DNA from: Hemiscyllium ocellatum
Lineage: Eukaryota
Assembly: GCF_020745735.1 (NCBI RefSeq)
Contig: NC_083435.1
Span: 12,555,201 to 12,619,200 of the forward strand
Reading direction: 5' to 3'
Length of the DNA stretch: 64,000 nucleotides
Shown here: positions 47,489 through 59,690 of the stretch, one piece after another
How positions within the stretch are numbered: position 1 is the first letter of the stretch
Layout of the letters: every line of letters starts with the position of its first letter
Program-made: the position numbers and the translations under genes
Notes under the pieces: generated by a model
Seen by the model: only the letters and a program-made list of their open reading frames with translations
The model's database searches: none
What the model was told of the DNA's origin: nothing

Positions 47489-48799
47489 ATGATGTTCACT
47501 TGCCCTGTTTGTGGAAAGGAATTCACTGATTCGTCCCACCTACTGAGACACCAGCGAGTGCACACTGGGGAAAGACCATTCACCTGCTCCGTTTGTTGGA
47601 AGGGATTCACTCAGTCATCCCATCTCCTGAGACACCAGCATGTTCACACTGACAAAAGACCTTTTAACTGTCCTGATTGTGAGAAGCCATTTAAAAGTAA
47701 ACAGGATCTGCTGAGACATCAACATACTCATACTGGTGAGAGGCCATTCACCTGCTTAAACTGTGGGAAGGGATTCACTAATTCATCCAACCTGCTGAAG
47801 CACCAACGAGTTCACACTGATGAACGACCTTTTAAATGCTCAGACTGTGGGAAGTGTTATAAAAGCTCAGAGGAACTGACATGCCATCAACGTGTTCATA
47901 CTGATAAAAGACCATTCAGATGCTCTGACTGTGGGGCTGGGTTCACCCGATCATCTCAACTTACTATACATCAACGCCGTCACACTGGAGAGAGACCATA
48001 TATGTGCTCCATATGCGGGAAGGGATTCACTTGCTCATCCCATCTTACGACACACCAACGTATTCACACCAATAAGAGACCTTTCAAATGTTCTGACTGT
48101 GAAGAGAGGTTTAAAAGCAGAAATGAGCTGCTGACACACCAGCATAATCACACCGGTGAGAGACCATTCACCTGTTCTGATTGCGGCAAGGGATTCTGTC
48201 GATCATCTCATCTCCTGATACACCAGCGAGTTCACAATGGGGAGAGACCATTCATCTGCCCTGTGTGTGGCAAGAGATTCACACAATCATCCATCCTCCT
48301 GACACACCAGCGAATTCACACTGGGGAGAGACCTTTCATTTGCCCCATGTGTGGGAAGAGATTCACCCAGTCATCCCACCTATTGACACACCAGCTTGTT
48401 CACAATGACAAGAGACCTTTTACATGCTCTGACTGTGAGAGGAAATTTAAAACGAAAAGAGACCTGCTGATGCACCAGCGAGGTCACACTGGGGAGAGGC
48501 CATTCACCTGCTCCACATGTGGAAAGGGATTCACCCATTCATCTCACCTGCTGACACACCAACGCACTCACACTGGGGAGAGGCCATTCACGTGTTCTGT
48601 GTGTGACAAGGGATTCACTTGTACGTCCCACTTACTGAGACATCAAAGGGTTCACACCGGGGAGAGGCCATTCACCTGCTCTCTGTGTAAGAAAGGATTT
48701 ACTCAATCATCCCACCTAATAACACACCAGAGAGTTCATATGCAACAGCAGGGATTGGATTCTGCTGATAATGCTGTGATTAATATCAATCAGGACTGA
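47489..48799 (+). CDS. C2H2 (Kruppel-type) zinc-finger protein, 15 tandem fingers, about 436 aa, no KRAB/SCAN/BTB domain visible
   Basis: 15 CxxC-x12-HxxxH units with TGERP-type linkers. First ATG of this open frame is at 47489 (the ORF track starts at TTG 47459). Splice acceptor tttgttttacag ends at 47229; AATAAA at 48891. Confidence 0.88.
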   Translation: MMFTCPVCGKEFTDSSHLLRHQRVHTGERPFTCSVCWKGFTQSSHLLRHQHVHTDKRPFNCPDCEKPFKSKQDLLRHQHTHTGERPFTCLNCGKGFTNSSNLLKHQRVHTDERPFKCSDCGKCYKSSEELTCHQRVHTDKRPFRCSDCGAGFTRSSQLTIHQRRHTGERPYMCSICGKGFTCSSHLTTHQRIHTNKRPFKCSDCEERFKSRNELLTHQHNHTGERPFTCSDCGKGFCRSSHLLIHQRVHNGERPFICPVCGKRFTQSSILLTHQRIHTGERPFICPMCGKRFTQSSHLLTHQLVHNDKRPFTCSDCERKFKTKRDLLMHQRGHTGERPFTCSTCGKGFTHSSHLLTHQRTHTGERPFTCSVCDKGFTCTSHLLRHQRVHTGERPFTCSLCKKGFTQSSHLITHQRVHMQQQGLDSADNAVININQD

Positions 48800-48890
48800 A
48801 TCATGTTCATTCTGAAATTTTGCATTTATTTCTGAGGATGTTAGTAACCCCTCTAACACCAGTTGGAGTTAATATACTTTATAAATGTGA

Positions 48891-48896
48891 AATAAA
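48891..48896 (+). terminator. Poly(A) signal of the ZNF gene
   Basis: AATAAA about 90 nt after the stop codon. Confidence 0.6.
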
Positions 48897-51800
48897 TCAC
48901 CAGAGTTAAAAAAATTCTTGTAGATTGTTATCCATCCATCCAAGTATTTGGCATCAGCTGGTTGGAACTCTGAATGGTCATCCTGGAAGAAAGTCATAAC
49001 ATCTAAATAGAAAACCAACCGTGGACACTATCCAGCAAATTAATTACCATCCACAGCTTGTCCCTGTTAGATAAATTCAAGGATTGCATTCATCCTATAT
49101 TTACCTGATCTTTACATTTTGTGCAGTTCACACTGATCTCAAAATTACATTTATTGGGATTCTTTCCGAAGAACAATTTTAAAAGTTTTCTGCAATTATA
49201 TGTGGGACCTTCCCAATTAACTTCCCAATGCCTTTCATAACTTATTGCTCTGTGACAAATAAAGGAATGTAATGGGTGGGTGGTTATTTCTGAAAATGTT
49301 GAGCTGGACCTGTAGCAGAGAGGTCATTAACGTTTGTTGGGTGTTCTGGAGGAATTAGTCATGAGTCTGATGAATGGAAATGGTAGAGTGGAACCTTAGT
49401 GGAATGCACAATCTGCATTTGCTATGACTCATCATGAGATTAATGAGTTGTGACCAGGAATACAACAAATGGTTGTTTGTAAACCAGGCTAGACAGGAAC
49501 AGTAATGTTATTCTTCTTTGGTTATTGACCATTCTTTTACTGGTGTTCTCATGCACTACATCTTCCTTTGGTTTTAATCTCACTTTTTCAATAACTTTAG
49601 CCACAGTGTCACTTGGAATATTTTCTTTTTTTCAGCTCCTCTACTGTCCCTCCTATTTAATGCTGATATGCTATTCTTTGCTGACATCACACAAATATAA
49701 TTTATACATGTACAGTGATGACACCCAGCCTCAATTTACCGCAAATTGGCTTCATCCTCCGCTGTTTCTCAGTTATCAAATTGCTCGGTGGTGAGTGAAA
49801 TTTATTTGCGTTAAGGACGGAGAAGATTGAAGCCATTGCTTATGGTACATGCTCCAAACTTCACTTCCTAGCTCCTCTCTCATTTTAGCATGGATAAAGG
49901 ACTGGCTAGCTAACTGGAAGCATAGTTTCGTATAAGTAGGTAACTTGAGGATTGGTAGGCTGTAAATAGTGCAGTACGCCACAAGGATCAGTACTGGACC
50001 TCAACTATATACAGTCGGTGACTGAATGAAATGGGGTAAACTGATTCCCATCCTTTTTCCACTCCTTCATTGATCACAATAAAGTTAGAATAACTCAGTA
50101 TCAGAATTGAGACAACACAGGACCCTCTGTTAAAAAAAACATATTTCTTGTCAACAAATCTTCAAGTAGGTGAATATTAACAAAATGTTTACACTGCAAA
50201 TACATGTACTTAATGAAACTTCTTCAAAGGAAAAAAATATGCACACAAACAACATTCCAGTGTTGGGGGGAAAAGTTTAACAGTGCCACAGAATGTTATC
50301 TTAAACATGCTTTGATCAAGTAACATGTAATTTCAGAAAAGAGTGATTGTCCCAAATGTTACCCTGCAAATGAAGTCATTTTTGCACACAAACTGTTGGC
50401 CTTGAGTGTCTCTACCTGGATGTTATGGCTCACCAATTTCACTTCTTTGGTAATAGATTACAGATTTTCTATTTGAATCAATATTGTGATGAGTCTCTCC
50501 AGTGAAGAGACAATAAAGGCTACTTCTCCAGGGAAGTTCTGTCATATTTACAGCATCTGCACTACTTTTGTTTTTTTTTAAGTTAGCTTTCGAGGTTCCT
50601 GCATCCAGATCCAATAGCATTATTATGCTCACAATTTGGGTCATATGACCTCTCTGAAAGTAATGTAGATTATTTTACTTCCCTCAACAAGGTTTTGTCC
50701 TTTGCAGATGCAACAGTTTTCCCTGCTGCAGCTGGTATCCTTTGCAAAATACCTGTTCGAACAGTGCTAAATATAACTGTAGATCCAATAATGATACTCC
50801 AAATTGATATTTCAGATAATGTATCTTCTGATTTGGATGACGGCATCAAAGAGATGTTATCTAAATTTGTGCTGGCACAAACTTAGGAAATATGTTCTCA
50901 ACGAGACAGCAAGTGTCACCAAAAGGACACTTACTGAGTAAGAAACATGTTGACAGATTGTAATGTCAGAAAAATATGAAAGTGTCAATTTTAGCAGTAC
51001 AAATAAAAAAGCTGCAGATTACTTAAATGGTACTTATAGTGCAGAACTCTATGCTACAGAAGATTCTGTGTGTAATGCGACATGAATTACAATAATATGT
51101 AGGAACAGCTAGTGATTAGGGAAGCAAATGGAAATTGATGTTTGCACAGGGTCCTGATTATGAGCAGTGTACACTTTGGTCTCTTTTGTAGGAAAGGGTA
51201 CAATTGCACTTAAAGCAGTTCAGTTCAAGTTCATTAGGTTATTTCAGAGGCAAATAAGTTAGTTTATAAGGAAACGTTGAGCAGACTGGGCTAGAACCCA
51301 GTGGAACTGAGACAAATTAGAGGTGACCTGACTGAAACATACAAAGTCCCGAGTGGGCTCATTCTAAAGAAGGGTCACTAGACTCAAACCATTTACTCTG
51401 ATTTTTATCCACTGATGTTGCCAGACCCCGCTGAGTTTCTCCAGGAATGTCTGCCTTTGTTTCAGATCCTGAGGGGATGTAATAGGATGGAGGCTGCAGC
51501 ACGTTTTGTACTCAGTGGGTACTGCAGAACTCGTAGCAAAGTTTTAAAATGAGGGGGTCTCCCGTTTATGTCTGAAGTGGGGAAAACATTTTGTTCTGTC
51601 AGAGGGTCAAATGTTTGTGACATTATCTGCACCAGAAAGCAGCCGAGGACAGTTTGTTGAACATATTCAAGAGTGAATTAGTTCATTTTTTGAACCATCA
51701 GGAAGTTGACTGTTGAAGTGGCATAGAAATGAAAATGAGAACTGAGGCCACATTCAAATCAGTGACTTTATCAAATAGCTAAGCAAAACAGACTGGCCGA

Positions 51801-52205
51801 AGTCTGCTCTTATTGTATTTTTCAGTTCATCTCATCCAAATAGCAATTGTCTAATACTAAATCAGATTCTTCTCAATTTTAGTGTTCTAATTTTTAACAA
51901 GATGTGTTATGACATTTGGGCATTCATGTTTTAAGCACTCTGACCTTGATAAAATAGCCTATTGTTGCTTGGTCCCAAAATTCTCAATCACCTTCATACA
52001 CATTTCTACTCTGTATATTTTTACTCCCTTTAAGCCACATGTTAAAATGCCCATCACTGAGTTTTTGGCCAGCTTATCTAAAACCTCATCAGATGTCCTG
52101 TTGTGTTTAATAATGTTCCTATGAAGTCAAATCACATTAAAACTTTGCATAAATGTAAGTTATTATTGAAATCTGAATTAGATTCATAAAAATATCATAT
52201 GGCTT

Positions 52206-53066
52206 AGAGTCATAGAGATGTACAGCATGGAAACAGACCCTTCAGTCCAACCTGTCCATGCTGACCAGATATCCCAACCCAATCTAGTCCCACCTGCCAG
52301 CACCTGGCCCAGATCCCTCCAAACCCTTCCTATTCATTTACCCATCCAAATGCCTCTTAAATATTGCAATTGTACCTGCCTCCACCACTTCATCTGGCAG
52401 CTCATTCCGTACACATACCACCCTCTGTGTGAAAATGTTGCCCCTTAGGTCTCTTTTATATCTTTCCCCTCTCACCCTAAACCTATGCCCTCTAGTTCTG
52501 GAATCACCAACCCCAGGGAAAAGACTTTGCCTATTTACCCTATCTATGTCCCTTATAATTTTGTAAACCTGTATAATGCCTCAGCCTCCGACGTTCCAGG
52601 GAAACAGCCCCAGCCTGTTCAGCCTCTCCCTACAGCTCAAATTGTCCAACCCTAGCAACATCCTTGTAAATCTTTTCTGAACCCTTTCAAGTTTCACAGC
52701 ATCTTTCCAATAGGAAGGAGACCAGAATTGCATGCAATATTCCAACAGTGGCCTAACCAATGTCCTGTATATCCGTAACATGACCTCCCAACTCCTGTAC
52801 TCAATACTCTACCAATAAAAGAAAGCATACTAAATGCTTTCTTCACTAACCTATCTACCTGCGACTCCACTTTCAGGGAGCTATGAAGCTACACTCCGAG
52901 GTCTCTTTGTTCAGCAGCACTCCCTAGGACCTTACCATTAAGTGTATAAGTCCTGCTAAGACTTGATTTCCCAAAATGCAGTACCTCGAATTTATCTGAA
53001 TTAAACTCCATCTGCCACTTCTCAGCCCATTGGCCCATCTGGTCAACATCCTGCTGTAATCTGAGG
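52206..53066 (-). mobile_element. CR1-like LINE 3' part
   Basis: Near-identical to 41516-42370. Confidence 0.9.
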
Positions 53067-54967
53067 CTTGATGACTATCTTATATTGACCAACTCGAGTT
53101 TTTCTCTCACACAAAAAGGAAACAGTGACTCATCATAAACACAATCAAAACCTTTCATAATCCTACCCAAGTCTTCAAGTTTCATGAGAAAAGAGAGTCA
53201 GCCTTTTTATCTTTTCCTCATGGTGTTAACCTTGCCCTTTCTGAGTTTGGTTAGATAACTGAATATTCTTCATATAATTTTAATGCTGTTACATCATTTT
53301 AATCTCATCTTCATATCAACCTGATTTAATTTCCTGTGAAATACTAAAGCAATTATTAAGTAGTTCTGCAATTTTGTTCTTGTCTGTGATTGAATCCTGT
53401 CCATATCTAGTGACTCTGTTCCCAGCCCGAGTTATATTTTGTTGTTGTGCCTGTATAAGATTTTACTCACTTCAAATTCCTCTTCTCCTCATTTTTTTTT
53501 AATTGATTACTCTCCTAAACATTCTCCCCTTGTCATTCTCTCTTCTACCATCTGTGTCTTGACTCTGTCCTCACATCAGTTTATTTTATCTGTAGTATTC
53601 ATTATTGTTTTATTTATTTTGTTTGTATGTGAATATAGCTTTCCTTGACCCTATTGAACAACCTTTAAATTATTTCAAAGTTCTTCTACTTCATTGTTCG
53701 CCAGTCATTAAGTTTATTTTCCAAACATCTGTTGACCTCCTGCATATTGATGTTTATATAATCTATTAAACATTCTCATGCCTTTCCCCCAACTCAGTAA
53801 TAACTTCGTGTATATTATGTTCCCTAATATTTTTTTCCATTACCTACTATGTTTTATTGAAGTCAAGATTCATTATTAGATCTAATAATGGGAAACAAAG
53901 AACTGCAGATGCTGGAAATCTGAAACAGAAAAAATACATTGATGGAGAAATTCAGCACATCTCACAGCAAGTGTAGAGAAAACAGTTAATGTTTCAAGTC
54001 CAATAGCCCTTCTTCAGAATCAAATGTAGTGCCACTGGCCTGGAAACACATGCTCTGTTTTCTCTCTGCACGTTATTAGACAGACTGAGTTTCTCCAGTA
54101 GTTTCTGGTTTTGTTTATTGTGAATCGTCTCTTGTTGGGCTTCTTACATTCTGCATTAGGAGAAAATCATGTGCCTATTATAGGAACTCCCTTCACTTAT
54201 CATCTCTCCCACTTCTCCAATTAATATTAGGATAACTGAATTACACCTCCCAACCCCCATTAATGTTTTCTTATTTAATTTCCTAATTTTCATGTAAACT
54301 CTTATTCCACTCACATTCTGCTCTTAATTAGGCTGTGAACAACAACTCTTTGTGTGATTAATCCTTTGTCACCTTCTGTTGCTATCCAAATCTGTGCACC
54401 TTATTGTACTGCTATTTAATAAATACAACTGCTTGACTTTTTTTTAACCTCAGCAAAACACTCAAACAAATAGCTTCATTAATTACCAAGCATGGCCATA
54501 CAACAGTAGTGCTTTCTTTAAACTGCAACCTACTGCTCAATTGAATAAATATATCCTGATTTTTCTGTAGTCACAACAGAATTGCTACTCCATCTCACTC
54601 CTTGTAATTTGTCATTACCTCCAGTTGCCCTAAAACACTGATCCTAGATGAATTCCATTCACTTTAAAGCAAGCCCTCAATCAACTTTCCCTATCACTGA
54701 GTAAATGCAATGTTTACAAGAACACCTTTGAATTTTGCATTACTGATTAAAGGGTTATTAATATCAACTAAACAAAAGCTCAAGTGTGAGACTAATCGTG
54801 GTCCAGTCCTGAGTATGATCAACTACAATGATAAGAGCTGAATCTAATACTTGGAGTAATTTGTGAACTCACCAATGTCTCTCAGGATTGACAAAAAAGT
54901 TCATCGTATGATAAACATGGAACAAGCCTTTCCTATGCACACACTCATCTGTCAACAAAACCTGAAA

Positions 54968-55202
54968 GCACTGCAGATGCTGTAAATCAGAAACAAAAAA
55001 ACAGAAGTTGCTGGAAAAGCTCAGCATCTGTGAAGAAAATCAGAGTTACCATGTCGGGTCCAGTGACACTTCCTCAGACCAAATGGAAGAATCGGATCAA
55101 TTCTGAGGATGGGTTATGAGACCTGAGATGTTAACTCTGATTTCTCTGCACAGATGATGCCGGACCTGCTGAGCTTTTTCAACAACTTCTGTTTTTGTTT
55201 CT
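54968..55202. mobile_element. Palindromic family-3 PLE insertion with two degenerate hammerheads back to back
   Basis: Inverted arms AGAAACAAAAA.CAGAAGTTG.. / ..CAACTTCTGTTTTTGTTTCT; similar older copies at about 53900-54115 and 58280-58410. Confidence 0.7.
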
Positions 55203-55849
55203 AATCTAAAATACATTGGATGACCAAATAATAAATCCCTTTCACACACTCAGCAGATGAATGGCCTTGGTCCATTTTGGAAGGAATGATGGTCAGCAGC
55301 TTAGCTGTATTTAAAGCTCTTTTAACATAAATATTTTAAAGCTACCGTAGCTGAGTGAACATGTTAGTGACCAATGATGGTGGATAAATTAGTGAACTCC
55401 TTTCCATAGGGCACACAGAGCAGGTGAATTGCATCTCCCCAATGTGAATGGGTCAATGCATTTCCAATTTACATGGCAGTTGAATACATTCTCACATGCT
55501 CATCAATTCCTGGTTCCTCCATGTTTTAGGTGTCCTTGTAACTCTACAGTTTGATCAATCCATTGAAGCCTCGGCCATTCCCGGAATATTTATAATTTTT
55601 TTCTTGAAATAAATTATGTGACCTTTTGTTTGTCCAGCTGAATATATAGTTAAGGCTCGTTTTACAGTCAGCGCATCAAAACACTGAATCCTGTGTGTCT
55701 CAGTTTTTTTGTCCTCCTTAAGACTGACACTTAAAATCTTTCCCATTCGCAGAACAGACCATCACTTCTCCCTTTCCTTTCAAAGAGTGATGATATTCAG
55801 ATCCTGATTAAGTGAGTGACTCTGTTAGACCTTGATGCGATCTTTGGTT

Positions 55850-56620
55850 CGAGTTTCCTGTCTGCAAATCTCCCTGCAATACCCTGTTTACAAAAATCGA
55901 CGTACTCAGTGCAAGGTAGAAACTTGGACAATTCTAGTTCCTACAGACACATTTTTCCCTCAGACATGTAAATCCCCAATCCGCAACTTTTTCCCCGTGT
56001 TGAAATCCAAACCTTGTCGCACCATTTCACTTTTCCTCGGACTCACGTTTCTCTCCATACCTGCCTTGCGCTCATGTATGTAGCGCATGCGTCCTGCATC
56101 ACTTTGGCCCTGTCCAGTGTCCCTCGGGATGTAGGATGACCAATCAACGTCTCTTACGGACACTACCGTCTTTGGGAACAGAGACGTGAGGCGTCGCCCA
56201 TTCACCTTCTGCGCAAAATCAAAGCTCCCCTTTCCTTTCCCAAGATAGCAGTCCCCAATACGGCCCTTCGGGACCATCAGTCTGAGCCATAAATTGCTTG
56301 GCAAGAAAGTAATTACTCGGGAATTACAGCGACTATAAATCGTTTACGGAGTTTCCCATCAAAATCCCCGACTGTTTCCCATCGCCATTCCTCTCTTTGC
56401 GCATGGTCTGATCACTTCCAACGCTGCACATGCTCGTACTGTGGTTTTGATGGAAGACTCTCGGGAGCGCGATCCATACTGGGGTAAAATCGCCTCCATT
56501 GAAAGATGTAATCCTATTGTCGCGGTTTTGCTTGCTGAGGGGATGGAGACAAGGGAACCCATAGCTAACCCACTCCATCAGGAAACAAATTCATCTGCAG
56601 GCGGGCCCATTACGAACATG
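55850..56620. promoter_or_regulatory. Second CpG-island promoter-like region (NRF1 palindrome, IRF-E-like site)
   Basis: CpG-rich unique sequence; GCGCATGCG at 56083-56091; TTTCACTTTTC at 56025-56035; 3 kb upstream of TRIM-C. Confidence 0.5.
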
Positions 56621-56794
56621 AACGAAAATAAATTGGAATTTATGGAGTCAAGAATCCGCAAAGCAAGAAGAATAACAACATCTAACTTACTTTGACATGT
56701 GAACTCACGAGGGTGAATAAATAAATCTATTCCCAAACACATTTCGGCAGCATTTTTTCAACCAGGATGCATCGCTCGTGACCAGAAGCATTGA

Positions 56795-58272
56795 GAGTCA
56801 TAGAATCCTACCGCACGGAGACAAGCCCTTTGGCCCAAATTAGTCCATGCCCACCAAAACGTCACTCCACGACTAACCTCATTTCCCTGCACTTGGCCCA
56901 TATCTTTCTAATCCTTTCCGATCCATTTATTGTCCAAATGCCTCTTAAATATTGTTAATGTCCCACGAAAACCATTTCCACTGGCACTTCATTCCACATG
57001 CATACCAAGCTCTATATAAAAAAAAGTTTCCCTCAGTCTTTCACCTCTAACCCCAAACTGATGCTCTCTAGTCCAGGATTCCCCAATCCTAAGAAAAAGA
57101 CTGAATGCATTCACCTTGTCCATGCCCCTCATGACCTTATGCACCTGGATAAGATCCCCACCACCCCCCCCCCCCGTCAGTTCCTACGCCCTCATGAAAA
57201 AGTCCTAGCTTGTCCAACCTCTCTCTACAACTCAGACAATTGAGACTAGACAACATCCTTGCAAATTTCTTCTGCATAACATCCTTCCTATGACAAGGTG
57301 AGCAAAGCTGAACACAATACTCCAAGTGCAGCCTTACCAACATCTTGTGTTACTGCAACATAACTTCCCAATGACTAGATTCAAAGACCTGACTGATGAC
57401 GTCTGGTGTGCCAAAAGCCTTCTTCATTGCCCTATCTACCTGTGACTCGACTTTTAGAGAATTGTGAACCTGACTACCTATATCCTTCCGTTTCACTACA
57501 CTTCTAGCCCTACCATTCATCATGAAATCCCTACCTTGATTCGACTTTTCGAAATGCAAGACCTCATTTATTAATTTTGTCTGTATTAAACTCCATTTGT
57601 CACTTCTCAGCCCACTTGCCAAAGTGATTCAGGTCCTGCTATAATTTCTGATAATCTTCCTCACTGTCCACAATACCACCTATTTTGGAGGCATCAGCAA
57701 ACTTACTAATCGTGCCCTGTACAATCTCATCCAAATAATTGATATAGATAACAAACAGTAATGGGCCCAGCACCAATCACTAAGGCACTCCACTAGTCAC
57801 AGACCTCCAGTCTGACAAGCATCTTTCCACTATTACCACCTGCTTCCTACCAGCAAGCCAATTTTATATCCAATTTTCCAGCTTGCCCTGGATTCCATGC
57901 AATCTAACCTTCCAGAGCAGCTGACCATGTGGAACCTTACAAAAGGGTCCTACTGAAATCCATATACGTCTACCACCATGCCCTCATCAACCTTCCTGGT
58001 CACTTCAGCAAAGAACTCTAACAAGTTTGTGAGGCATGATCTCCCACTTGCAAAGTCATGCTGACTACTCCTAATCAAATCCTGTATTTCCAAATGCATC
58101 TATACGTTATCCCTCAAAATCTTCTCAAGTAACTTACCCACCACAGATATTAAGCTTATTGCTCTGTAGTTCCCAGGTTTTTCTTTGCAGCCTTTCTTTA
58201 ATAATGACACAACATTTGCTACCCTCTGTTCTTCTAGGACCTCACCCATGGCTAACGATGATGCAAAAATAT
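56795..58272 (-). mobile_element. CR1-like LINE RT/3' part, degraded
   Basis: EVLHF..NQGR, LVRLHLEYCVQ, and 3' tail. Confidence 0.85.
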
Positions 58273-59690
58273 CATACGAAGAGAAATCAGAGTTAATACT
58301 TCGGGTCCAGTGACTCTTCCTCGTGACTTCTATTCACAGATACTGTCAGATCTGCTGAGATTTTCCAGCAACTTCTGTTTTTGTTTATGATTTACAGCAT
58401 CTGCAGGTTTTTGGCTTTTTGTTTAGAAACTCAATTGCATCATCCTCCCAGCTTCCACAGCAAACCAACCTTCCAGAAACAGGCCATTACCTGTTTCTCT
58501 GTCAGGGCTGATGTCATCTGTGAGTTAGAGTGGTGGTCTCTCCTGAGAGTCTAACTTGGATACTTGAGCACAGTCCTCAGGCTTGGAGGGCGGTTGTTAT
58601 TCTCACCTTAGTTGATGCGTCTTTAGAGAATCATAACGTCACAGACTACAATCAGTCGGCATTCAAGCTACTGTACTTTATGGGCTTTGGGGCACTATCG
58701 AATGACCCAGGTTGGGGTAATGTGCTTTACCTACACCTTCAAGGGAATATAACAGTACATCATAAGTCCAGTCCTTCTACTGTCATCTCCGTGCCTGTCA
58801 TCTGAAATCGCTGCTTGATACTTATGCTGGTTTCTGCTATTGACTGAACGATGGACTCACTAGCTTCAAGTTCAGTTTCTGGATCCGGGTCTTTTCACCA
58901 GAGGGATTGTATTCAGCAGAGCGTACAGTCCTCAAAAAGACAACGGAATCTCAACAGCCACCCAATCCACCAGCTTTCCTTCCAAACACTCGCTCTGTCT
59001 CCACTCCCTCCAATTTGCCATTTTTTCTGACCACCCAACAAGTCCGTTGATATCTGCCTACCGCCTGCATGTATCCCCATTGCCGTCAGTCACACGGTAG
59101 ACCAGCACGAGGCTGGAAGAACACAGGCAGCATCAGGAGGTGGAGAATTCAGCGGTTCGGGTGTAACCCTTCAGTTAATTTGGTGTGCAAACGTCTTGAT
59201 CATGCCTGCCTACGTTTACGTTCAAATTTTTACTGTCCAGCACACACAAAAAAAAACAGTTATCCAGTCCCAACCTTGCAAATCCCCCGCCAGTCACAAA
59301 AGAAAACACAGAACAACGGTTGCCAATTGTTTTCTAATGAGCTGATGTATTGTCCAAATTGCTACAGGACCAACTGTGCCTATTATCCAAAATAACTGTC
59401 TGACATTTCAGGATTTTGTGCTCGGGACTAGCGCAGCAAGGGCAATTTTCGCTTTTTCATCAAAAGCGTACTAGACTACAGAGAGTTCAAACCGGAGGAA
59501 AATGCGACATCATCTCGATCGCCGCGCCTCTCCACTTCGTCCTCCTCCTCTCTTTCCCTCTCTAGTTTACAATAATTGTTCAGAAACGGTTGCGGTGGAA
59601 TTTGGGAGGAACCGGGGAACGGAATGTATACAGCGGCACTGCAACAGCCACAGTCAAACTTGGTTGAATCAGGAAGTGCTGAGAGTGATC

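Noticed and set aside
47892-48408. Alternative-frame ORFs within the ZNF
   Set aside because: Off-frame shadows of the repetitive finger array.
50400-50760. Possible minus-strand exon
   Set aside because: Stops in all three minus frames I translated and no recognisable protein.
58530-58805. 91-aa ORF with three N-glycosylation sequons
   Set aside because: GTG start, in-frame stops between the nearby acceptor and the ORF, no recognisable family.
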